DNA of 64,000 bases, taken from a virus. The notes below the pieces were generated by a model. That model made no database searches. It was not told the origin of the DNA and worked only from the letters and a program-made list of their open reading frames with translations. Below, in pieces: positions 18,666-27,519 of the stretch (position 1 is the stretch's first letter; the number at the start of each line of letters is the position of its first letter). The stretch lies in the IMG/VR virus record IMGVR_UViG_3300014720_000002. One strand, 5' to 3'. The translations under genes were made by a program, and so were the position numbers.

Positions 18666-18804
18666 GCATTCAGATGGAGGCTCTGCAGTCGCCGCGACTG
18701 CGGTGGTGGTTACGGGTCTGGCGGTGTTGATGTGCAAGCCGGTGATTTTGCTGCTCGGTGTAGCGTATCTGTGGCAGCGTTCAGAAGTATCAGACGATGA
18801 ATAA
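18658..18804 (+). CDS. 48-aa membrane protein (not in the ORF track)
   Basis: MDKHSDGGSAVAATAVVVTGLAVLMCKPVILLLGVAYLWQRSEVSDDE; overlaps both neighbours. Confidence 0.5.
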   Translation: MDKHSDGGSAVAATAVVVTGLAVLMCKPVILLLGVAYLWQRSEVSDDE

Positions 18805-19300
18805 CAATAGCAAGCTGTTGGAGTTGCTGGCCGTGGGTTATCCTGATGGTCAGTGCATTCTGGATTCTTACGACCACGACTCCGGGCAGGCCGTCCTGTT
18901 CGATGGCGATTCGCTGGCGCACTTTGTCGTGTCCGAGGCATTGTCGGTGACTGATGGCAAGACGGACCGGCCAAAAGATCCACTCGTCTTTGAAGTCGGT
19001 TTGGCCATGCAGAAGGCGTCCGCTGAACTGGCACGGCTGGCCGAGCATTGCCGGCAGGCTGGCATTCAGCAGATGGTCGATACGTTCTTGCGGGAGATGA
19101 AGGACTCCAAGCGACAGTCCTTCTCTGCCGCGACGTTGGAACAGTGGTTGTGCGTAATCGGCGACACGGACATGCTGCTCATGCAGGACGACATGCTGCT
19201 CTGCCTGTGGCGGCATTTTCCGGAGCAGACCCGCGGGACTGGTCCGTGGATTATCACCCGGGAGGACTTGCTCAATCTGAAGCTGCCGGATAAGGTGTGA
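18797..19300 (+). CDS. Hypothetical protein
   Basis: 167-aa ORF. Confidence 0.65.
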   Translation: MNNNSKLLELLAVGYPDGQCILDSYDHDSGQAVLFDGDSLAHFVVSEALSVTDGKTDRPKDPLVFEVGLAMQKASAELARLAEHCRQAGIQQMVDTFLREMKDSKRQSFSAATLEQWLCVIGDTDMLLMQDDMLLCLWRHFPEQTRGTGPWIITREDLLNLKLPDKV

Positions 19301-19303
19301 CCC

Positions 19304-19867
19304 ATGCCGGCACGATCTGGAAGCCAACAGCGGTTCATGGGTTTGGTGCATGCGGTGCAGTCTGGCCGCAAGCCGATGTCTGAAGTGTCACCTGAAGTGG
19401 CGCGGGTTGCGCGCACTATGACGCCCAAGGATGTCACGGAGTTTTCCAGCACCAAGCATGACGACTTGCCGGCCAAGGTTCGCGCCGCCGAGGACGCGGA
19501 CTCGCGCAAGTCTGCTCGTTGGACCCACAGCATGCGTCTGGGTTTGGTGATTTCGCCCTGGTTGATGTTCGGCTTGTCCAAGGCCGCTTCGTTGGAGGCG
19601 GCAGTCAAATCGACAGAGAAGCAGCTTAGGGCTGCACAGCAGTCGCGTGAGGCGTCGTTAAAGGCTCACGCTTCAGCTTTGCAGACGCGGCTGACGGCGG
19701 CGATGAACCGGGCGCAGACGGCAGAGCAGTCTGCGCAGCAGGCGCAGTCGGATGGCCAGGCGGCTCTGTCGGCCATGAGTCAGCCTGGCCCGCAGCCGCC
19801 TGCGGCGCAGGTGCCTTACGGGCAGATGCTGGCTGGTGGAGCGCAGATGACCGAGCAGCAAAAATGA
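19304..19867 (+). CDS. DUF3008-like N-terminal domain plus coiled coil
   Basis: MPARSGSQQRFMG...TMTPKDVTEFSSTKHDDLPAKV; KSA and KAA motifs follow. Confidence 0.7.
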   Translation: MPARSGSQQRFMGLVHAVQSGRKPMSEVSPEVARVARTMTPKDVTEFSSTKHDDLPAKVRAAEDADSRKSARWTHSMRLGLVISPWLMFGLSKAASLEAAVKSTEKQLRAAQQSREASLKAHASALQTRLTAAMNRAQTAEQSAQQAQSDGQAALSAMSQPGPQPPAAQVPYGQMLAGGAQMTEQQK

Positions 19868-21027
19868 TTGTTCAGTTCCCTTCCGGCCGGACGACTTCCT
19901 CCGGCCCATCGACAGGAGTGGAGTCAAAATTAGCCAAGGTCAACGGACGTGCGGCTGTTTTAGACCGGACGCCTGAGTTGGTGGTGCGCGGCCCGTTAAA
20001 CGGCTATGCCAGCTACGGTCTGCTGGCGCACTGGCTGGTGAGCAGTTTTCTTGATCTTGGTGTTGATGCGGTGCTCGTGCCGACCAACGGAACTGTCTTC
20101 GACGAGAAGTTCGACGCGTTCATCCCCGAGCGGGTGAAGCGGGTGACCTCGTTCGGCGATGTTCGGGCGGCGTTCGAGTTGCAGGTCTCGCCGCCTGGCT
20201 GGCCGGTAAGCCACGAACGGGCGGTGGTGATGACCATGCACGAGTCCACTAGACTGACCGGGACGCAGCGGGCAGAGTTGCGCAAGGCCGCTGCGCTGAT
20301 CACCCCTACCAAGTGGAATGCCAACATGTTTCGGCGTGAGCTTGGAAAGCTGCCGGTTAATGTAGTCCCACTTGGGGTGGATCTTTCGGTCTTCCGGCCC
20401 CGGGCACTGCCGGCAGGTCCGGCGTGTGTCTTTGGAACCGCCGGCAGGTTTGTCGGTGCTGGCACACGCAAGAATGTGGCGCAGGTCTTGCGGGTGTTCT
20501 TGCGGGAGTTTGACGGCAATCCAAGAGCGAGGCTGCAGGTGAAGTGTTTTCCGGATTGTCAGGTGGACACGCTTCGACACACCCAGGTGGAGTTTGTCCG
20601 CGAGTTTCTGTCTGGTCCGTCGCTGGCTGATTGGTATGCCCGCCAGCACTGCTTCGTTAGTTCCAGCGCTGGGGAGGGCTGGGGGCTGATGCTGCAGGAG
20701 GCCATGGCGGTCGGTCGTCCGGTGATTACCCCGCAGTTTGGCGGGGTAACGGCTTTCACGTCGCCGGGTTCGTGCGAGACGGTGGACCATGCAGAGGTCG
20801 AAGTGCCGGACGGTGATGAGTATTACGCCGGCTGTCGTGCGGAGGTTTCAGATGATGCGCTGGCGGCAGGCATGCGCCAGATTTACTCCGAGTGGCAGTC
20901 TGGCGCGTTGCGTTGGCGTGGGTGGAAGGCGGCGCAGCAGGCGAGCAAGTTTCCGTGGATGGCGTGCCCGCTGGGCGTGCTGGACGTGTTGTCGATGCAG
21001 GGGTTCCTACCGTCCCGGTCGGCTTGA
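19864..21027 (+). CDS. GT-B fold (GT4-like) glycosyltransferase
   Basis: EGWGLMLQEAMAVGRPVITPQFGG signature. Confidence 0.88.
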   Translation: MIVQFPSGRTTSSGPSTGVESKLAKVNGRAAVLDRTPELVVRGPLNGYASYGLLAHWLVSSFLDLGVDAVLVPTNGTVFDEKFDAFIPERVKRVTSFGDVRAAFELQVSPPGWPVSHERAVVMTMHESTRLTGTQRAELRKAAALITPTKWNANMFRRELGKLPVNVVPLGVDLSVFRPRALPAGPACVFGTAGRFVGAGTRKNVAQVLRVFLREFDGNPRARLQVKCFPDCQVDTLRHTQVEFVREFLSGPSLADWYARQHCFVSSSAGEGWGLMLQEAMAVGRPVITPQFGGVTAFTSPGSCETVDHAEVEVPDGDEYYAGCRAEVSDDALAAGMRQIYSEWQSGALRWRGWKAAQQASKFPWMACPLGVLDVLSMQGFLPSRSA

Positions 21028-21070
21028 AGTTACGCTTGGCCGAGGCGTTGACCTATGGCAGGCTGAACGC

Positions 21071-22135
21071 ATGACCGCACCTCCAGCGCTCGAACCTCCC
21101 GGCGTCAAGCTGAGCGACTGGGACGATTTTGACTCGCATAGAGATGCCATCTACACCCAGGCGCGCGAGGCGATGCTCAAGAAGTTCCCGCAGAGCTACG
21201 GTGGCGTCCGGCTTGAACTCCATGACCTCGATTACGAGGATCCTCCTCGGGCATCATTGGCCGAGCAGAAGCGCGCCATCCTTGAGAACCGGTATCTGCA
21301 TCGCCGGCTGCGCGGCACCTGGCGCATGTTCGATGACAAGACCGGTGACCTGCTGGAAGAGCGGCGCAGCACGGTGATGAAAGTTCCCATGCTGACCGAC
21401 CGAGGAACTTTCATCCATGGCGGCAACGAATACACGACGCTGCACCAGGCTCGCCTGATGCCGGGCGTGTTCACCCGGCGGAAGGCCACCGGCGAACTGG
21501 AGACGCACTTCAACGTGCGGCGCGGCACGGGTTCTTCGTTCAGGGTTCATTTGGAGCCGGAGAGCGGTCTGTTCAAGCTGGACATTGGTCAGTCCAGCTT
21601 GCGGCTTTACTCGTTGCTGAAGGACATCGGCGTGTCTGACGAGGAGTTGGAGAAGCGCTGGGGTCCGGAGTTGCTGCAGACCAACCGTAACAAGTATGAC
21701 GCGCGTGTCTTTGAAAAGGCGTATCAACGTCTGGTGCGGCAGCCAAAAGCCGAGGCCACGCGCGAGGAAAAGGCACAGGCCATACGCGAGGCGATGATGC
21801 GCGCCAGGATGGATCGCCGGGTGGTGGAGCGGACGCTGCCAAACCTGTTCAACCGGAAGGTGGCCGCTGCATGGCAGCAGGGCCGCGACGACGATTTTGA
21901 CCGGGCTGACTACATCATGCTTGCCCGGCTGCTGGACGAGAAGTTTGGGTCGGGCATACCGACGGACTTGACCACATCAGAACTGGTGGAACGCCTTCGG
22001 ACTGAGATGGGTGAGTTGCTGCCGCAGGTGGACGACCGTCTTCTGCGGCAATGGGTAGAAAATCAGAAAAATCATGAAACGACTACTGGCGACGTTGGTG
22101 GTGTTGGGTCTGACGCAGTTCTGTCATGGGTCTGA
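21071..22135 (+). CDS. rpoB: DNA-directed RNA polymerase beta subunit, N-terminal fragment
   Basis: KVPMLTDRGTFIHGGNEYTTLHQARLMPGVF aligns with bacterial [30 protein letters not shown]. Confidence 0.88.
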   Translation: MTAPPALEPPGVKLSDWDDFDSHRDAIYTQAREAMLKKFPQSYGGVRLELHDLDYEDPPRASLAEQKRAILENRYLHRRLRGTWRMFDDKTGDLLEERRSTVMKVPMLTDRGTFIHGGNEYTTLHQARLMPGVFTRRKATGELETHFNVRRGTGSSFRVHLEPESGLFKLDIGQSSLRLYSLLKDIGVSDEELEKRWGPELLQTNRNKYDARVFEKAYQRLVRQPKAEATREEKAQAIREAMMRARMDRRVVERTLPNLFNRKVAAAWQQGRDDDFDRADYIMLARLLDEKFGSGIPTDLTTSELVERLRTEMGELLPQVDDRLLRQWVENQKNHETTTGDVGGVGSDAVLSWV

Positions 22136-22526
22136 GGCTGCGACCAGACAGGAACTCGTCCTGGCTTCGGTGCTGATTGGCGAGGCAGGCGGTGAAGGTC
22201 TGCGTGGTATGCAGGCCGTGGCCGACGTCATCCGCACGCGGGCTGGACTGGCCGGCACCGATGCTTACCAGGTGACGCGACGCAGGGCAGCGTTTTCCGT
22301 GCTGGGTAAGGGTGAGTCGCGCCTGTATCAGAAATCGCGACAGCACGTCCGGTTTCCCCAGGCGCTCGCATTGGCTCAGCAGTTGATGCGGCAGCCATCG
22401 AGCTTGCCATCCGTTGTTCCAGGCGCGACGCATTTCACTAATCGGCACGAGCGGCCCTATTGGGCTCGTGGTCGCGCGCCGCTTTACGTGGTGGGTGAGC
22501 AGGCGTTTTGGAAGTTGAAGATCTAG
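22074..22526 (+). CDS. SleB/Hydrolase_2-family cell wall hydrolase with signal peptide
   Basis: LASVLIGEAGGEGLRGMQAVADVIRTR ... GATHF ... PYWA ... VGEQAFW; hydrophobic N-terminus. Confidence 0.85.
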   Translation: MKRLLATLVVLGLTQFCHGSEAATRQELVLASVLIGEAGGEGLRGMQAVADVIRTRAGLAGTDAYQVTRRRAAFSVLGKGESRLYQKSRQHVRFPQALALAQQLMRQPSSLPSVVPGATHFTNRHERPYWARGRAPLYVVGEQAFWKLKI

Positions 22527-22549
22527 CCAGTTGGTGGCAGCCTGACCGC

Positions 22550-23080
22550 ATGACGCGTGATCAAGCACTCCAGCGGTGGCAGGCTATGGCGCCTGGCCGC
22601 AAGCAGGCTCTGGCCGACAACATCCTCAATCCCATCAGTCAGTTTGGCAGTGCCATGTCGCATCTGCCGCAGGTCTCCAATTTGCGTCCGATGGTCACCA
22701 AGGCGCCTCCTGAAACATTGGCGGGTGCAGCGGCCAATACCTTCTGGCGTGGTCCGATGGAGGGGGTCAAGTTCCTCGGGCATACTCTGCTGGGCAAGGG
22801 CGCTCTGCCGGCGGCTGGGCTTACGCCCAACCAGATCGGCAAGAATCCTGCGCACGGTCCTGGTGTGCTGGAGAACCTCGTGAATTATGGAATTGGCATG
22901 GCCAGTGGCCAGCGTGAGACTGTCGGACCTTTCTCGCGTGTGTTCACTGGGCCGATTCAACGCGCCATGCCGCACGCTGAGCGTTACATGGATCTCACCG
23001 GCAGGCTTGGACAGAAAGCAGTGTGGGAGCCTATCGAGGCGGTCAAGCAGTGGTGGAACGAGCCTATCTCCGTTTATTGA
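22550..23080 (+). CDS. Hypothetical amphipathic protein
   Basis: ORF between the hydrolase and the RNAP fragment. Confidence 0.6.
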   Translation: MTRDQALQRWQAMAPGRKQALADNILNPISQFGSAMSHLPQVSNLRPMVTKAPPETLAGAAANTFWRGPMEGVKFLGHTLLGKGALPAAGLTPNQIGKNPAHGPGVLENLVNYGIGMASGQRETVGPFSRVFTGPIQRAMPHAERYMDLTGRLGQKAVWEPIEAVKQWWNEPISVY

Positions 23081-23083
23081 ACC

Positions 23084-23761
23084 ATGCCGATAGCCCTCAG
23101 CAAGGTGCAGGCGGCGCTGGAAAAGTCGGCGTTGACTGCGCGTCCGAGAACACATGAGGAGCGGGATGACGATGTTCCTGCGGATGTGGACGCCCTGCTC
23201 GCTTCGACGGAGAAATTGTTGGCTGTAAGCCGCGGGGTGGCGGATGCGGATGAGCGCGACAGTCTTGAGTTTCGACAGGTGCTACGTCCGGCCGATTTGC
23301 TGGCAGAGCGGGTGCATTTGGACGCGGACAAGGTGCTGCGCACAACCATGCGCCGGCTGGCCAAGCAGCGCAGCCTCAAAGCGGTTGGCCCTTCGCACTT
23401 CGACCGCTATGCCACCGGGCTGCTGATCGGGCATGAGTTGTCGGCTCCGCTGGAGGAGATCAATCCGCTGCAGTTGGTCGAGCAGGCCCGGCGCATCACT
23501 CAGATGGGACCTGGCGGCCTGCCGTCGGAGGAATCCATCACCCCTGAGGCGCAGAATCTGCATCCATCGCAGTTTGGATTTTTGTCAACCACGGAAGGCC
23601 CTGAAAGTTCGAGAATTGGTATCGACACCAGGCTGGCCTGGGGCGCCAAGTATGGCAGTGACGGCAAGCTGTATCAGAAGTTTGTGGATCGCAAAGCTGG
23701 CCGAGCACGCTGGGTTTCTTATCCAGAGATCGCCGGCAGAACCATCGGTATTCCAAGATAA
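23084..23761 (+). CDS. rpoB: RNA polymerase beta subunit, middle fragment (fork loop/Rif-pocket region)
   Basis: EEINPLQLVEQARRITQMGPGGL...QNLHPSQFGFLSTTEGPESSRIG matches [23 protein letters not shown]...[23 protein letters not shown]. Confidence 0.92.
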   Translation: MPIALSKVQAALEKSALTARPRTHEERDDDVPADVDALLASTEKLLAVSRGVADADERDSLEFRQVLRPADLLAERVHLDADKVLRTTMRRLAKQRSLKAVGPSHFDRYATGLLIGHELSAPLEEINPLQLVEQARRITQMGPGGLPSEESITPEAQNLHPSQFGFLSTTEGPESSRIGIDTRLAWGAKYGSDGKLYQKFVDRKAGRARWVSYPEIAGRTIGIPR

Positions 23762-24021
23762 TGGCCAGTAGTTACCGGCGTGTTCGCCGGCTTAGGGACG
23801 CAGCCAAGCTGCTGCGTCATTGGACAAGGAAGCTGCATGACACCACGGAAAGCTGGCAGGGCCGCATCGGCACTGAACTGGCCTACTTGTGTCACGCGGT
23901 GCTGAACAACCACAAGGTTGATTTGAAACACAATTCTCCTCTTTTGCGGAAGATGAACGAGGTGGATCCCGCGAGGGCATCCGACATCTGGTTCTTCATC
24001 TGCGAAGTCAACGACGAGTAG
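23761..24021 (+). CDS. Small hypothetical protein
   Basis: TAATG-coupled ORF. Confidence 0.55.
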   Translation: MASSYRRVRRLRDAAKLLRHWTRKLHDTTESWQGRIGTELAYLCHAVLNNHKVDLKHNSPLLRKMNEVDPARASDIWFFICEVNDE

Positions 24022-24080
24022 CGCGGTGTGCCGGCGCTGCCTGTCGTCATCAACACAGGCACGTTCGGAAAGCAAACCAC

Positions 24081-24527
24081 ATGAAAGCAGAAAAGCAGAA
24101 ATCACAGGGGTTCTGGGCGTCGCTCGGGACCATCATAGCCGCGCCGTTCATGGCCGGCGTTGAGTTCATCGACACCCGCCCGGGTGGCAAGGCGGTGCGC
24201 CGCCATCTCGGCGACAAGAAGTTCGAGGTGGTGACGCAGGGCGAGGGTGACAGCCAGACCTACACCATCGAATGCGTCAGCAAGCGCACCGGCAAGGTGC
24301 GTGAGCGCCTGCCGCGTGCCTTCGACAAGGGCGAACTCGCCGCCGCCTACGCGCTGGGCGCGCAGGATCTGGCGGACAGCGCCAGCAAGCTGCGTCGTCG
24401 CGCCATCAACGCGCACGAGCGCAACGTGGCCGAGGTGCTGAAGGCCGAGAAGAAGGCGAGCAAGAAAGCGGCGACCGAGCCGGCACCCGAGGTGCCCGAT
24501 CCGCTGGCTGTCACCGCGGCGACCTGA
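24081..24527 (+). CDS. Hypothetical protein (strong codon bias, Lys/Ala-rich tail)
   Basis: 148-aa ORF followed by a terminator. Confidence 0.7.
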   Translation: MKAEKQKSQGFWASLGTIIAAPFMAGVEFIDTRPGGKAVRRHLGDKKFEVVTQGEGDSQTYTIECVSKRTGKVRERLPRAFDKGELAAAYALGAQDLADSASKLRRRAINAHERNVAEVLKAEKKASKKAATEPAPEVPDPLAVTAAT

Positions 24528-24545
24528 GTCGGTTTGGCAATGTGA

Positions 24546-24584
24546 AGAGCGCCCCGGTCATTGCGGACCGGGGCGCTCTGTTTT
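24546..24584 (+). terminator. Intrinsic terminator
   Basis: 14-bp perfect stem agagcgccccggtc / gaccggggcgctct followed by gtttt. Confidence 0.8.
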
Positions 24585-24602
24585 AGACGGCGATTGTTTA
24601 GC

Positions 24603-25619
24603 ATGAAAGAAGAGACACGGATGTTGGATGTGCTCACGCGCAACGGCGTGCTGGGTGCGGTGTGCATTGGCTTCTGGCGTGGGCGCAAGAAGCTCCGGGC
24701 CAAGGAGATTGGAATGTCGGAGTCGGATTCGGTGGCGGCGCTGGTGTCGTTCGGGCAGAAGCGCCTGGTCAAGACGGAGGTGCTGCATCCTTTGACGCTC
24801 ATCGAAGGGAGGGCGCGCGACTACCTGGCGGTCAATTCGTTTCCATTCATGGATGGGCTGGCCAACTTCATCCCCAACATCAGGCTGGCTGAGACCCAGC
24901 AGCGAATGGATGCGTTCAAGGCCGAGTTTGAGTCGGAGCGCGACAAGTTCATGCAGCGCTACGACACGCTGCGTCAGGAGAGCGTCGAGGAGTGGCGCAA
25001 GACTGCCCCGGAGATCAACAAACAGAATCCTGAGTTCCTCGTGTCGGCCATCGAAGAGGCGTTTCCGGTGGCGGCTTACGTGCAGGCCAGTTTCAAGTTC
25101 GACTTCAAGCTGTTCTCAGTGGGTGTCCCGACCGAGGTGCAGGCCAGTGGTTTGACGATGGTGGCAGTGGGTGACCAGTTGGCGGTGATGGAAGCCCGCA
25201 AGCGCGCCGCGGCCGAGGCCTCAGCCAAGATCCGGACAGATGCCGACCGGTTCGTCAGCGAGTGTGTCAAGAGCTTGCGCGAGCAGACGGCCATGCTGTG
25301 CTCCGAAATGCTGCAGAGCACCAACGCCTCCGAGAGCGGGGTGCATCAGAAGACCCTGAACCGGTTGCGCACGTTCATTGGGCATTTCAAGCAGATGAAC
25401 TTCGTCAATGACACGCAGATGGACCGGATGCTGGCGCAGGCCGAGGCCGAGTTGCTGTCGAAGTCCGCCAAGGATTACCGGGACAGCAAGGACGCCCAGA
25501 CCAGCTTGATCAACGGCCTGCAGGCGCTGCGCTCCAAGGCTCAGCAACTGGCGGCCGAGGATGTGACCGGAGTGGTCAGTCAGTTTGCTGAGGTTGGTTC
25601 CCGCAACATGCTGCTATGA
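24603..25619 (+). CDS. DUF3150-like protein
   Basis: FWRGRKKLRAKEIG...SFGQKRLV...SFPFMDGLANFIP...HQKTLNRLRTFIGHFKQMNFVND; family recalled from memory. Confidence 0.7.
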   Translation: MKEETRMLDVLTRNGVLGAVCIGFWRGRKKLRAKEIGMSESDSVAALVSFGQKRLVKTEVLHPLTLIEGRARDYLAVNSFPFMDGLANFIPNIRLAETQQRMDAFKAEFESERDKFMQRYDTLRQESVEEWRKTAPEINKQNPEFLVSAIEEAFPVAAYVQASFKFDFKLFSVGVPTEVQASGLTMVAVGDQLAVMEARKRAAAEASAKIRTDADRFVSECVKSLREQTAMLCSEMLQSTNASESGVHQKTLNRLRTFIGHFKQMNFVNDTQMDRMLAQAEAELLSKSAKDYRDSKDAQTSLINGLQALRSKAQQLAAEDVTGVVSQFAEVGSRNMLL

Positions 25620-26050
25620 GTCACGTTGACATGGTGGAGATCGAGGTGAAGTCGCTGCAGGCGCTCAAGGAAGCGTGTGCGGCGCTTGGGCTGTCGTTCC
25701 AGGACGGCAAGAAGACCTACGAGTGGTATGGCACGTCGGTGGGCGACTATCCGCTACCCAAGGGCATGACCAAGGCTGACCTGGGCAAGTGTGCGCACGC
25801 CATCAAAGTGCCAGGTGCGTCGTATGAGATCGGCGTGGTGCAGGACAAGCAGACCGGCCATTTTGGGCTCGTCTATGACTTCTGGGGATCCAACCAGGGC
25901 GAGCCGATCATGAAGCGGTTGGGTAAAGGGCTGGAGAAGCTGAGGGCCGAATATGCGGCACAGGCCGCTATCGAGCAGGCTCAGCGGCGTGGTCTTCGGG
26001 TCACTCGCACCCTGCTGCAGGATAACCGTCTGCGCCTGCGGATTCAATGA
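25616..26050 (+). CDS. DUF1257 (Ycf35-like) protein
   Basis: MSHVDMVEIEVKSLQALKEAC...YEIGVV...FGLVYDFW...LRAEYA. Confidence 0.8.
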   Translation: MSHVDMVEIEVKSLQALKEACAALGLSFQDGKKTYEWYGTSVGDYPLPKGMTKADLGKCAHAIKVPGASYEIGVVQDKQTGHFGLVYDFWGSNQGEPIMKRLGKGLEKLRAEYAAQAAIEQAQRRGLRVTRTLLQDNRLRLRIQ

Positions 26051-26250
26051 GCAAACCCTACATCGAAGTTACCATCGACCTGAACACTGCCGTCACCACT
26101 GTGGAGGCGCACGGGTTCAAGGGAAAATCCTGCGTGGAAGGCACGGCGGAGATTCTGGCGGCGCTCGGCAAGTCGGAGCAGCGCAAGCTGAAGTCCGACT
26201 ATCACCAGCGCGAGGCCGTCAACGCTTCCCGGCTGAAAGCCGGCCGGTGA
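26047..26250 (+). CDS. DUF2997-like protein
   Basis: IEVTID...VEAHGFKGKSCVEGTAEILAALG pattern. Confidence 0.75.
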   Translation: MSKPYIEVTIDLNTAVTTVEAHGFKGKSCVEGTAEILAALGKSEQRKLKSDYHQREAVNASRLKAGR

Positions 26251-26501
26251 TGGATCTGTTCATTGATGCCGCCGGCAACATCACGGCGCTGCACTCTGAT
26301 CTCATCCCGCTACCTGAACTTGGTCGCATGACCACGCGCCGGGTGTCCGACATACGGTGGTCGGACCCCCGGCAGGTATGGGAGGTGTTCGGATTGGCAG
26401 AAGGACGGGTTTTGTTCAGTGATCGGGACCGGTCGGTGTGCCTGTCCTGGGAGGTGGAGTATTTCAACGGAAAGATTTTGAATGAAGAAGTTCTCGGCTG
26501 A
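26250..26501 (+). CDS. Small hypothetical protein of the AAA module
   Basis: TGATG-coupled; MDLFIDAAGNITALHSD...WEV...WEVEYFN. Confidence 0.65.
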   Translation: MDLFIDAAGNITALHSDLIPLPELGRMTTRRVSDIRWSDPRQVWEVFGLAEGRVLFSDRDRSVCLSWEVEYFNGKILNEEVLG

Positions 26502-27519
26502 GTTTGTCGGCAGTTACATCCAGTGCGGCAATCCAGGGCTGTTCCTGGTCACGTCGGAGCAGCAGCGGGTGGAGCATGACTTCTTGGCGCTGGTGCGCGG
26601 TAACGTCAAGCTGTCGAAGCACAAGGTGTTCTGTTGGAACATGGCGTCTGGTGTGATCGACCGCAAGGAGTGCAAGCAGGTCTCCGAAGCAGCGGATCCG
26701 CTGGAGGTGCTTCAACTGTTCGTGTCTCCGGATGGACAGACGTTTCCCGCCAAGTCGGCAGTGCTGCTGATGGAGGATCTGCATCTGCACCTGGAGGGCG
26801 GTGTGCCCAACGCCATTCTGATCAGCGCCATCAAGCGCACGCTGCGCATCGCCAAGTCACAGAACAAGACGCTGGTCATGACGGGTTGCCGGTTTGTCCT
26901 GCCGCCTGAGTTGGAGCGTGAACTGGTGATGGTGGATTACGCTCTGCCCGATGCTGTCATGCTGGGGACGGTGCTGGACAATGTGGTGAAGTCCGCCAAC
27001 ACCGCCATCAAGGCTTCCGGTGGGGGTGAGATCAGCTTGGAGCCGACCGCGCGCGAGTCGATTGTCGCCTCGGCGAGCGGCATGACGGTAGCCGAGGCCG
27101 AGAACGCGTTCGCGCTGTCGCTGGTCCGTCACAAGTCGGTGGTCGCCACGGTTGTGGCGGAAGAGAAGGCTTCTGCCGTCCGCAAGAGTGGTGTGCTTGA
27201 ACTCGTTAGCACGCAGCTTTCGCTGAGTGATGTCGGCGGGCTGGAGACCCTCAAGGAGTGGCTGCAGACCAGGCGGCGTGCGCTGACCAAGGAAGCACGA
27301 GACTTTGGCCTGCCGTCCTTGCGGGGCATCCTGCTGCTCGGTCCTCCCGGCACCGGTAAGTCACTGGTGGCCAAGGCCACGGCCGTGTCGTTTGATGTGC
27401 CATTGGTCAAGCTGGACTTCGGGCGTCTGTTCGGCAGTTTGATCGGACAGACGGAGCAGAATCTACGCAACGCTCTCAACACGGTGGAGGCCATTTCGCC
27501 GTGTGTGTTGTGGTGTGAT
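26482..27519 (+). CDS. AAA+ ATPase (Ycf46-like), exon 1
   Basis: DVGGLETLKEWL, Walker A GPPGTGKS; ends in Walker B VLWCD. Confidence 0.9.

Noticed and set aside
20789-21070. N-terminal extension of the RNAP fragment in the ORF track
   Set aside because: It overlaps the glycosyltransferase in another frame and is Arg/Cys-rich noise; ATG 21071 is preferred.
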